NCBI GenBank assembly: GCA_035948415.1
Contig: DASZJD010000080.1
Coordinates: 2,306-66,305 of the forward strand
DNA: 64,000 bases
DNA from: Acidimicrobiia bacterium
GTDB taxonomy: Bacteria > Actinomycetota > Acidimicrobiia > IMCC26256 > PALSA-555
Direction: 5' to 3'
In this document: positions 26,284 through 34,501 of the stretch, one piece after another
Position numbering within the stretch: the stretch's first letter is position 1
Layout: each line of letters begins with the position of its first letter
Made by a program: the position numbers and the translations under genes
Notes under the pieces: generated by a model
What the model saw: the letters and a program-made list of their open reading frames with translations, nothing else
The model's database searches: none
What the model was told of the DNA's origin: nothing

Positions 26284-27660
26284 ATGCTGCTGAGAGTGAG
26301 CAACTGTTCACCGCCGGTGGTAGCGTGCCATCGACCGAGTTCGATGGTTGGAGGGGCACGCCACGCGGCGTCGGCTGGTACCGGGATAGTGGCTTTGCGC
26401 AGCCGATATCGATGGGAGGGTCACGCGGCCCTCGCCCGGGGGGTGCGCGCCCTCGCGCTGCTGCTGCCCTTGGGGCTGGCGTTCGCAGCCGCCTTGGCCA
26501 CCAGCCGTTGGGTGTACCGATACCGGGGCGACAGGCCGTTGGCCTGGGTGTTGGCGTGGATCCTCGCGGTGACGGGTTCCGCGATGGTGGCCCTCCTGTG
26601 GTCGAGGCGTCTCAGCGTTCGCGCGCTGGTGTTCGCCACCCTGCTCGGGCTCTCGCTCGAGTTCCCTTCCCCGGCGCCGTCGCGGTGGCGTCTCACGGTG
26701 CGCGCCCACAGCCTCCCGCTGCTGCAGGCGCGGATGGAGGACGCGATCACGGGCAACGGCTCGGCCCAGGCGTCCATCGCCGCGGCGCTCGGCGCCACGA
26801 TGACTGCCTACGGCGAGCGCAGCTCTCGCGACCTGACGCGGAAGCTGGTCTCGGGAGCCGTGGTCCTGAGCGCGGCCACGCTGGTGATCAGCGTGGTGCT
26901 GGGACCCGCCGGACACCCAGGTCGGACCACACCGTCGAGGGCGGCCGCCGGCGCCCGGGTCCGGGAGGGCCCGCCGCTGAGATCCACGCAACCGCCGGCG
27001 CCTGCGGCGACGGCCCCGGTGCCGGTGACCCCCGCAACCGTGAGTCCGCCGACCGCTCCGGGGGCTGCGGCCGCGGCGGCACCGACGGGCCCGGCACCCG
27101 CGGCCCCGGCGCCAGCAGCGGTGGCTTCACCGACCGCTCCGGTGGTTGCGGCCGCAGGGGCGGTCGTGGCCCCTGCTACTCCGGCGCGCTCCGTGATTTC
27201 AACGACCGCTCCGGGGGCTGCGGCCGCGGCGGCACCGACGGGCCCGGCGCCCGCGGCCCCGGCGCCAGCAGCGGGGGCTTCACCGACCGCTCCGGTGGTT
27301 GCGAACCCAGCGGCGGTCCTGGCCCCGGCAGCCTCGCCGTTCCGGGCAGCAGGCGTTCCTCCGTCCCCGCCCGGATCCGGCCCGCCGCTCGGCTCCGGTC
27401 AGCCCGGCCCCGGCTCGCCGGTCGCCGCGATCACGTCGCCCGAGCCCGCCCCCAGCGGATCCCCGACCCTGATCCCCCCGTCCCCGGACGTCGTGCCCGC
27501 CGGCGCGCCGGGGTCTGCTCCCCCGGCCCCCCCGGCGCTCGTCGGGGTCGTCGGGCCTGCGACGCCGGAGTCGCCCTTCGGGACGCCCCCGGTTGTCCAG
27601 GGCACCGGGGAGCTGGTCTCGGTCAGCCAAGCCGGACCCGAGCCTGGGCCCGGCAGCTGA
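26284..27660 (+). CDS. membrane protein with long Pro/Ala-rich C-terminal region (function unknown)
   Basis: The N-terminal half has about four hydrophobic segments. The C-terminal roughly 230 aa are P/A/T/G low complexity and contain the internal duplication. The start is uncertain. Confidence 0.45.
   Translation: MLLRVSNCSPPVVACHRPSSMVGGARHAASAGTGIVALRSRYRWEGHAALARGVRALALLLPLGLAFAAALATSRWVYRYRGDRPLAWVLAWILAVTGSAMVALLWSRRLSVRALVFATLLGLSLEFPSPAPSRWRLTVRAHSLPLLQARMEDAITGNGSAQASIAAALGATMTAYGERSSRDLTRKLVSGAVVLSAATLVISVVLGPAGHPGRTTPSRAAAGARVREGPPLRSTQPPAPAATAPVPVTPATVSPPTAPGAAAAAAPTGPAPAAPAPAAVASPTAPVVAAAGAVVAPATPARSVISTTAPGAAAAAAPTGPAPAAPAPAAGASPTAPVVANPAAVLAPAASPFRAAGVPPSPPGSGPPLGSGQPGPGSPVAAITSPEPAPSGSPTLIPPSPDVVPAGAPGSAPPAPPALVGVVGPATPESPFGTPPVVQGTGELVSVSQAGPEPGPGS
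27051..27303 (+). repeat. in-frame 100-nt duplication (two copies, 153-nt offset)
   Basis: Copy 1 is 27051-27150 and copy 2 is 27204-27303. Aligned by hand, they differ at 2 of 100 positions. Both encode 'TAPGAAAAAAPTGPAPAAPAPAA.ASPTAPVVA'. Confidence 0.9.
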
Positions 27661-27834
27661 GGCGGGCGCTCAGCGCACGTAACGACAGGCCGTGCACGAC
27701 GCACGGAGCCCGTCCAGCCACGGGACGACGAGGGTCGGGTGGCGGGCCCGTCGTTGAGCGTCCTCCGCCTTCCCGGCCGATCCGCCGACCTCGGCGCGGA
27801 CTCCGTGAGCAGAGCCGGCGCACAAGCGACCGGA

Positions 27835-29442
27835 CTAGTAGGCGCCGCGCTTGCGGAGGACCACGGGCACCGTCTTGGCGATGATGGCGAGGTCGCGCCA
27901 CAGCGACCAGTTGTCGACGTAGTACAGGTCGAGGCGCACATACTCGGAGAAGTCCAGGTTGCTGCGACCGCTCACCTGCCACATGCCCGTGAGCCCCGGC
28001 CTGACTCGCAACCTCGAGCGCAGCTCGAGTGTCCATTGGTCCATCTCCGAGAACAGCGCTGGCCTCGGACCGACCAGGCTCATCTCGCCTCGGACCACGT
28101 TCCACAGTTGAGGGATCTCATCGATGGAGAATCGGCGAATCGTGCGCCCAACTCGGGTGATCCGCGGGTCTTCGTGCACCTTGAAGAGCGGACCGTCGGC
28201 CTCGTTCCGGTGGCGCAGGTCGATGATCAGGTCTTCGGCGTTCGCGACCATGGTGCGGAACTTGAGGACCCGGAATGGCCGACCGTCCCTCCCCACTCGG
28301 ACCTGCGAGAACAGCACTGTGCCCGGGCTGTCCAGCTTGATGACCAGCGCGACCAAGCCGAGGAGCGGGGCAAGGACGATGAGCGCGATTGCTGAGCAGA
28401 CGAGCTCGAAGCTGCGCTTCGCGACGGCGCGCCACCCCCCGTAGTGCACGCGTTCGACATAGACGATCGGCGTGGTGCCGAGTGGTCGAACGGTGAGTCG
28501 CTCGGCATCGATGCCCTGCAACGAGGACGACATCTCCACGTGGACGCGGGCGTCGACGAGCTCGCGGACCAGTCGATTACAGGCCGCGGCAGTCACCGCA
28601 GTGGTGGCGACGATCACACCGCCGGCGCCGGTCGCGCGAACCACGCTCAGCGTGTCGGCGACTCGACCGGCGACCGGTACGCCGAGGAGATCGGTCACTC
28701 CGCTGTCGTCGGTGACCCCGACGACCCGGTAACCGAGCACCGGGTGTGTGATCAGCAGGCCGCAGATCGACTCCGCCTCGGCGTTCGCGCCGACGACCAC
28801 GACCAAACGCAGTGACCGACCCGAGCGCCGCAACTTGTTGAACCAGGCGCGGGCGGCGCCTCGCTCGACGACGCAGGTGGCCACCGTGGTCGGGAAGCAC
28901 AGCACCAGCCAACCTCGTGAAACGTGTTGCTTCGCCATGAAGCTGACGGCGGCCATCAGCAGCGTGCTCGTCAGCACCGCGTGGGTCAGGCGACCCGTTT
29001 CGTCGAGCCACGACGTGATATGGCGGGCCTCGTACAGGCGGTACCACGAGAACACGCCCAGCCACAGCGGGATTGACACGGACCCGATCACCACGCTGAG
29101 GCTGGTGGTCGTGCCGTCGGGCCTGTTCCTCAGCACGAACGCCGCCATCAGGCCGAGCTCGATCGCAACCAGGTCGGCGAGCACGGCGCATGCCTTCAGC
29201 AGCCCCGGGTTGTACGGCCGGACGGCGCTTGGCCACGCGGCGCCATCGCCGGCGCGCGGCCGAGGCTCTTCGGTGCGGGTCCGGGCGTCGCCGGCGTAGG
29301 TCCGGGCGTCGCCGACTAGCACGTCGACCCGCCGGGGTCGCGTCCGCGCCGCAGTGGACACGAGGCCGTGGCTCGGCTCGACGGACGCCGGGAGTGTCGG
29401 CTGATGCGACCCGAGGGTGCGGAGCCGGCGGGCCCGGACCAC
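27835..29442 (-). CDS. polyprenyl-phosphate glycosyl-1-phosphate transferase (bacterial sugar transferase, WbaP/EpsB-like initiating enzyme)
   Basis: C-terminal domain 'LDSPGTVLFSQVRVGRDGRPFRVLKFRTM...SLVGPRP', preceded by TM segments and a Rossmann-like linker. The true start is probably downstream of 29442, because the first roughly 80 codons are Arg-rich. Confidence 0.8.
   Translation of the reverse strand: MVRARRLRTLGSHQPTLPASVEPSHGLVSTAARTRPRRVDVLVGDARTYAGDARTRTEEPRPRAGDGAAWPSAVRPYNPGLLKACAVLADLVAIELGLMAAFVLRNRPDGTTTSLSVVIGSVSIPLWLGVFSWYRLYEARHITSWLDETGRLTHAVLTSTLLMAAVSFMAKQHVSRGWLVLCFPTTVATCVVERGAARAWFNKLRRSGRSLRLVVVVGANAEAESICGLLITHPVLGYRVVGVTDDSGVTDLLGVPVAGRVADTLSVVRATGAGGVIVATTAVTAAACNRLVRELVDARVHVEMSSSLQGIDAERLTVRPLGTTPIVYVERVHYGGWRAVAKRSFELVCSAIALIVLAPLLGLVALVIKLDSPGTVLFSQVRVGRDGRPFRVLKFRTMVANAEDLIIDLRHRNEADGPLFKVHEDPRITRVGRTIRRFSIDEIPQLWNVVRGEMSLVGPRPALFSEMDQWTLELRSRLRVRPGLTGMWQVSGRSNLDFSEYVRLDLYYVDNWSLWRDLAIIAKTVPVVLRKRGAY
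29278..29313. repeat. 15-nt perfect direct repeat with 21-nt period
   Basis: GGTCCGGGCGTCGCC occurs at 29278-29292 and again at 29299-29313. It lies in the ambiguous 5' region of the sugar-transferase ORF. Confidence 0.85.
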
Positions 29443-30047
29443 GCACTGGCGGTCGAGTCAGGCGGTCCGCGCCTCGACCGTGACCACGGCGTCTCGGGCC
29501 GCCGCCGGCTCGAGCGGGTGGCACATCCCGGGCTCAGCCGGGGCGTTGGGGTTGCTGCGGCCGAGGCCCGCCGCGGGGCCCGTCGGGCTCCGGGGGCACG
29601 GCCGGCCTGAGGTCCGACAAATCGGACATCCCATCCCAAGACCGCCACGCTTGGGCCCTACCACTTTACGTGGAGGCTCAAACACTGAAAGTGACAAGGG
29701 CCGAGTTCGGCCTGGCCGGGCGCCGGGGGTTTGGCCGTCCCGACCGAAGCACCCGGGCGCCCCGGCGACCTGTGGCGGTGAAGCGAGGCAGGAACCGACA
29801 CGTCGCGATCCGGTCTCCACCCCCACTCGGGCCGGGCGAGCGGTGCCCTCCCTCGGGACTCGTCGCGCGTTGGCGGCCGATTGATCTCGTGGAGACCGCG
29901 CCGCCGGGCGCACGCTCGGACAGCGCGTCGCACCCCGCGAAGACGGAAACGAATCGGCACGTCCCGTGGACGTGGCGGTGAATCGCGGTCGACCGGCAGG
30001 CTCCAGCCAGGTGGCGCGCTCCCTGCGTTTCCGCGGGTCCGTTCGCT

Positions 30048-30290
30048 CTAGCCCTCGGCCTGGGCCCGGAACTTGTCGTAGAGCTCCGCAACGGTTGTCT
30101 CGCTGAGCGCCTCGGGGTCATAGAGCGATTCGTCGAACTGGATGCCGGCGCGCTCTTCGATCTCGTACACCCATTCCATGATGTCGAGGGAGTCGGCGTC
30201 GATCGTCGCGAGCCGGGAGCCGGGCTCGACCGTGCTGTCCTCAGAGATCGTGCGGAGCTCGCCGATCACCTCGTCAAGGGAGGGAAACAC
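30048..30290 (-). CDS. acyl carrier protein (phosphopantetheine-binding)
   Basis: 80 aa with 'IDADSLDIMEW' (DSL phosphopantetheinylation motif), acidic. Confidence 0.75.
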   Translation of the reverse strand: MFPSLDEVIGELRTISEDSTVEPGSRLATIDADSLDIMEWVYEIEERAGIQFDESLYDPEALSETTVAELYDKFRAQAEG

Positions 30291-30436
30291 CGATCTCCGA
30301 TCTCGAACACTGCGGGCAGCTCAGCGCTGGGCACGGACTCTAGCGGTGAGGCCGCTGACCCCACGCCGCGCCGACGCGGTGCGGATGGGCACGTCGCGGG
30401 GGGCCTCGAACGACCGCCCGCGAGCACCGGGCGGAC

Positions 30437-31171
30437 TCACGACGACCGACCGCCGACGCGTCCTCGGGGAGTCGGCCGAGGGACCGCGGTTTCCGGGGGT
30501 CGCACCCACCACCCGTCGTCGCGCCGCTTCGGTCGCTGCGGGTAGATCTCGCGTGCCGTGCGGACGGAGGCGGCGACCGCGGCCATGATCCGGTCCGTCG
30601 CGGCGCAGAGGTCCTCGTCCGGCCCCACCGAGAGCGGCCGCCCGACGACGACGCTCACGGAGACGCCGGGGCGCAGCCGACGCTTCCGTCCCTTCGGGTA
30701 GAGGCGCTGGGCGCCCCAGACGCCGACCGGCACCACCGGGGCCCGGCTCAGGCCGGCGAGCCACGTGATGCCGGTCTTGCCGGGCATGGGGTCGAGGTCG
30801 TCGGAGATACCGCCTTCCGGGAAGATGCCGAGGCACTCCCCGCGCTCCAGCGCGGCCAACGCGGGCGCCAGCGAGCTCCCGGCCGCGACGGTGCCACGCG
30901 GCACCGGGATCTGGTGGGTATGGGTGAGGAAGAAGCGCGCGCCGCGGTGGCGCCAGAGCTCCGACATGGCGAGGAAGCGCACCTTGCGGCCGGTCCGCTC
31001 ACCGAGCCAGAGCAGGAGGAGCGGATCGAGGAAGGACACGTGGTTGCTCGCCAGCAGCACCGGGCCGGCGCGGGGAACGTGTTCCTGGCCCACCATCGTC
31101 AGCCGGAACATCGGGCGGATCGGATAGAGCAGGACCCGACCGAGTCCCCAGACCGGCTCCATCCCGCCCAC
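30437..31171 (-). CDS. lysophospholipid/1-acylglycerol-3-phosphate acyltransferase family (PlsC-like)
   Basis: 'ASNHVSFLDP' (HX4D) and 'IFPEGGIS' motifs. Confidence 0.8.
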   Translation of the reverse strand: MGGMEPVWGLGRVLLYPIRPMFRLTMVGQEHVPRAGPVLLASNHVSFLDPLLLLWLGERTGRKVRFLAMSELWRHRGARFFLTHTHQIPVPRGTVAAGSSLAPALAALERGECLGIFPEGGISDDLDPMPGKTGITWLAGLSRAPVVPVGVWGAQRLYPKGRKRRLRPGVSVSVVVGRPLSVGPDEDLCAATDRIMAAVAASVRTAREIYPQRPKRRDDGWWVRPPETAVPRPTPRGRVGGRSS

Positions 31172-31474
31172 CCCTACGCGGGGAGGCCGGTCGACCGGCG
31201 GTCGGATCGCGCCGGCGCGCGCCCCGACTCGAATCGGCGTGCGCGAGGGCGTAGGGGATCCGGTGGGTCGGCCTCACCGGCGGCGCACGCGGCCAGGGCG
31301 AAGCCCGTGGCCCACGCAACGGCCTGGAGCGGCGGCTCGCTGCATCCGGGAGCCGTCATCGGTCGGTGGCGCGGAGCGCGCCCGAGTGAGCGCAGCGGCA
31401 TGCTCGAGTCCCTCCGGTGACGACGGCCCACGCGGGCGCGCGAAACTACACCCGCCCAGACGAACGTCGACACG

Positions 31475-32764
31475 GTGCCTGAGGGACATCACATGGTGGG
31501 GAATGGTCACAGCGCGCCGGGGGACGGGCGGCGGCCGGCACGCGTCGCCGTGACCGGGCTCGGCGTGATCTCGCCCGCGGGCTCGACCGTGGAGCGCTTC
31601 TGGACCACGTTGCTCGCTGGACGCTCCGTCGCGGCACCGGTGCAGCGGACCGACGTCTCGGAGGCGTCGATCCAGTTCGCGTGCGAGGCCCGCGACTTCG
31701 ACCCTCGCTCGGTGCTCTCCGAGAAGGAAGCGCGCCGCACCGATCGCTTCGCGCAGTTCACGATCGCCGCGGCCGAGGCCGCCTACACCGACGCCGGGCA
31801 ACCGGACGTCGACGGGGCGCGGGTGGGCACGATCGTGGGCAACGGCCTGGGCGGCCTGGAGACGGTCGACCACGGTGCCCGCGAGTTCCTCGGGATGTTC
31901 GCGCCCGGCCTGAAGGGCCGCATGAACCCGCTGTTCGTGCCGACGGTCATGCCGAACGCGGGCGCCGCCCACGTCAGCATGCGGCGCGACTTCCGGGGAC
32001 CCTGTCTGACGATCTCGACTGCGTGCGCGGCCGGCGCGCACGCGGTCGGCGAGGGGCTCCGCCTGCTCCGGGACCGCAGCGCCGATCTCGTCGTCGTGGC
32101 TGGCGCAGAGGCACCGGTGACGCCGTCGGTGCTCGTGGCCTTCGGGGCTGCGCACGCGCTCTCGGAGCGGTCGGCCGACCCCGCCTCGGCGTCACGTCCG
32201 TTTGACGCCGATCGCGATGGCTTCGTGCTGGCCGAGGGCGGCGCCGCCCTCGTCCTCGAGCGGTACGAGGACGCCGTCGCCCGTCGGGCGCCGATCCGCG
32301 CCGAGCTCCTCGGCTACGGGCGAAACACCGACGCCTACCACCTCGTGGCGCCACCACCCGACGGGCGGGGTGCCGTGGACTGCATGCGCCTGGCCCTGGA
32401 GGACGCCGGGCTCACGCCGAGGGACGTGGCCCACGTCGACGCCCACGGCACCTCGACCCCGCACAACGACGCCGCTGAGGCGGTGGCCATCCGGACCCTG
32501 TTCGGCCCCAACGCGCCGCCGGTCACGTCGATCAAGGGGGTGCTCGGCCACGCCATCGGGGCCGCGGGAGCGATCGAGGCCGTGGCGAGCGTGCTCACGA
32601 TCGCGGAGCGCTGCATCCCCCCCACCGCCAACTTCACGACCCCGGACCCCCAGATCGCGCTCGACGTGGTGACCGAGCCCCGGCCGCTCGGCGACGGGGC
32701 CGTCCTCTCGAACTCCTTCGCCTTCGGCGGCCACAACGCCGTTCTCGTCTTCGGAGCGCCCTGA
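31475..32764 (+). CDS. beta-ketoacyl-ACP synthase, KAS I/II type
   Basis: 'RVAVTGLGVISPAG', active-site 'TISTACAAGAHA', and 'DAHGTSTPHND' plus 'GHAIGAAG' (Cys-His-His triad). The start could be the internal 'MVGNG'. Confidence 0.9.
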   Translation: MPEGHHMVGNGHSAPGDGRRPARVAVTGLGVISPAGSTVERFWTTLLAGRSVAAPVQRTDVSEASIQFACEARDFDPRSVLSEKEARRTDRFAQFTIAAAEAAYTDAGQPDVDGARVGTIVGNGLGGLETVDHGAREFLGMFAPGLKGRMNPLFVPTVMPNAGAAHVSMRRDFRGPCLTISTACAAGAHAVGEGLRLLRDRSADLVVVAGAEAPVTPSVLVAFGAAHALSERSADPASASRPFDADRDGFVLAEGGAALVLERYEDAVARRAPIRAELLGYGRNTDAYHLVAPPPDGRGAVDCMRLALEDAGLTPRDVAHVDAHGTSTPHNDAAEAVAIRTLFGPNAPPVTSIKGVLGHAIGAAGAIEAVASVLTIAERCIPPTANFTTPDPQIALDVVTEPRPLGDGAVLSNSFAFGGHNAVLVFGAP

Positions 32765-32814
32765 CGCTCGGCGTCCCCGGGCTCGGACCGGGTCCGGCGA
32801 CCTAGAGTCCGCCC

Positions 32815-33282
32815 GTGAGCGACAGCACGAAGGCGCCGGTCGGATCGCAGGCTCCGGACTTCACGCTCCCGCGATCGGGGGGCGGCGACGTGACCCTCTC
32901 CTCCTACCGCGGTCGCCCGGTGGTGCTCGCCTTCCTCCGGGGCTACGCCTGACCGTTCTGCCGGCGGCACCTCGCGCAGTTGCGCGACGACTACGAGCAG
33001 TTCCAGGGCGCAGGAGCCGAGATCCTGGCCGTGTCGGCGGAGCCGGCGCGTGCATCGGAGGCGTACCTCCAGTCGCATCCGCTGCCGTTCCCGACGCTGA
33101 TCGACGAGGACCACACCGTCTTCGACGCCTACGACGCCACGAGCCGACTGATCTCGCTCGGCCAGCGGCCCGCGCTCTTCGTCATCGACGGTGACGGGAT
33201 CGTGCGCTTCGACGAGGTCGGAGCGCAGCAGTGGAACATCCCCTCGAACCGCACGGTGCTGCAGGTCCTCGAATCCCTCTGA
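32815..33282 (+). CDS. peroxiredoxin-like (AhpC/TSA, CxxC-type 'PRX-like2') protein with in-frame TGA at 32950-32952; candidate selenocysteine codon or nonsense pseudogene
   Basis: GTG 32815 opens 45 codons 'VSDSTKAPVGSQAPDFTLPRSGGGDVTLSSYRGRPVVLAFLRGYA'. These are followed by TGA and then, in the same frame, 'PFCRRHLAQLRDDYEQFQGAGAEILAVS...ALFVIDGDGIVRF...'. The ORF track shows only the 3' part (32980..33282). Confidence 0.6.
32972..32987 (+). promoter_or_regulatory. perfect palindrome downstream of the in-frame TGA (candidate SECIS-like hairpin)
   Basis: TCGCGCA-GT-TGCGCGA. As RNA this gives a 6-bp stem with an AGUU loop, starting 22 nt after the U of UGA. Hand-folded only. Confidence 0.3.
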
Positions 33283-33321
33283 GCGGGGGCGGGTGGTCCC
33301 GCCGACGAGCCTCGAGGTCGC

Positions 33322-33798
33322 TCAGCCGCGGGGCGACGCTCCGGCCGGCACGGCCTCGACGTCCCTCGCGCCGACCCACTCGCCGCAGGCCGGACACGCC
33401 AGCTCGGGGTGCATGACCGTCCCGCATTCTCGGTGACGGAGCTGAACCGGCGGCTCCTCGCCGGCGTCCATCCACCGGTCGCCCCAGCGCAGCAGCGAGA
33501 CGATCACGGGGTAGAGGTCCAGGCCCTTCGGCGAGAGTCGGTACTCGTATCGGTCGGGGTGCTCCGAGTACCGGCGGCGCTCGAGGATCCCGTGCTTCAC
33601 GAGGGTCTTCAGCCGCTCGGCCAGCACCGGGCGCGGCGCGCCGGTCCGGGCCTGCAGATCCTCGAAGCGACGCGTGCGCATGAACGCCTCGCGCAGGATC
33701 AGCATCGTCCAGCGGTCGCCGACCACCGAGAGGGCCCGGGCGATCGAGCAGTGCTGGTCACCAATCTCGCTCCAACGCACCCTCGTGACCGTAGTCAC
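33322..33798 (-). CDS. HxlR-family transcriptional regulator with C-terminal Cys-rich extension
   Basis: 'CSIARALSVVGDRWTMLILREAF' is the HxlR signature. The C-terminus is 'HRECGTVMHPELACPACG'. Start set at GTG 33798, so only the last 158 codons of ORF 33322..34569 are used. Confidence 0.8.
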   Translation of the reverse strand: MTTVTRVRWSEIGDQHCSIARALSVVGDRWTMLILREAFMRTRRFEDLQARTGAPRPVLAERLKTLVKHGILERRRYSEHPDRYEYRLSPKGLDLYPVIVSLLRWGDRWMDAGEEPPVQLRHRECGTVMHPELACPACGEWVGARDVEAVPAGASPRG

Positions 33799-34018
33799 CT
33801 TGCGTTCGAAAAGCAAACCCACTAGGTTCTGAAGTTGAACCGAAGGGGAGGCCGCACGTGAGCGAGGAACCGGGACTGCGTCGTCAACGCCGCCACGGGA
33901 GTGGCCGCCGATGGCGCGCCCGGCGACACCGACGCACGGCCTCGGTCGTCGGCCCGGCCCCCTCGGGCCGACCGGCCCGGATCCACCACCGCGCTCACCG
34001 TGCCGGGGGAAGAAGCAG

Positions 34019-34501
34019 GTGAAGACGACCGATCTGAAGATCGACCTGCTGCGGTCGGTTCCCGGATTCGCCGACCTGAGCGAGCGCCAGCTCGCCCGGT
34101 ACGCACCGCTCTTCGACGAGGTCAAGGTCGCCGCGGGGGTGGTGCTGGCGCGCGAGGGCGAGGTCGGCCGCGAGCTGGTGGTCATCGTCGAGGGACGGGC
34201 CACCCTCGAGCGCCGCGGCGCGGCGAGCGAGGTGCTCGGCCCGGGCGCCTTCGTGGGCGAGACCGCCATCCTCGGCGAGGTGCCCCACTGGTCCAGCGTG
34301 GTCACTCGGACCCCGATGCGGCTCTTGGTGGCCGGTCGAGAGAGCTTCCGGGCGCTCGGCAGCGACCCCGACCTGCTCCGCCGGGTCGCCGCCACCCTTG
34401 CCACTCGGTTGCGGGCGGCGCCCGATCCGCACGGGACCGCCGCGCTCAGAAGCGCGCCCGCTCCCCCCGTGCGAGCCGGCGCGGCACCGACGTTCGCCTG
34501 A
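34019..34501 (+). CDS. cyclic-nucleotide-binding domain protein (no DNA-binding domain evident)
   Basis: GTG 34019 after 'gggggaagaag'. 'LLRSVPGFADLSERQL', 'GEVGRELVVIVEGRATL' and 'GPGAFVGETAIL' are cNMP-binding motifs. Confidence 0.7.
   Translation: MKTTDLKIDLLRSVPGFADLSERQLARYAPLFDEVKVAAGVVLAREGEVGRELVVIVEGRATLERRGAASEVLGPGAFVGETAILGEVPHWSSVVTRTPMRLLVAGRESFRALGSDPDLLRRVAATLATRLRAAPDPHGTAALRSAPAPPVRAGAAPTFA

Noticed and set aside
26950-27450. CRISPR-like or tandem-repeat array
   Set aside because: The repetition consists of two copies of a 100-nt coding segment inside a Pro/Ala-rich ORF. There is no short repeat/spacer periodicity and there are no cas genes.
29443-30047. c-di-GMP (GEMM) riboswitch upstream of the exopolysaccharide-type sugar transferase
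   Set aside because: Neither strand shows the conserved GEMM-I core elements as I recall them. The region is kept only as an unexplained long spacer.
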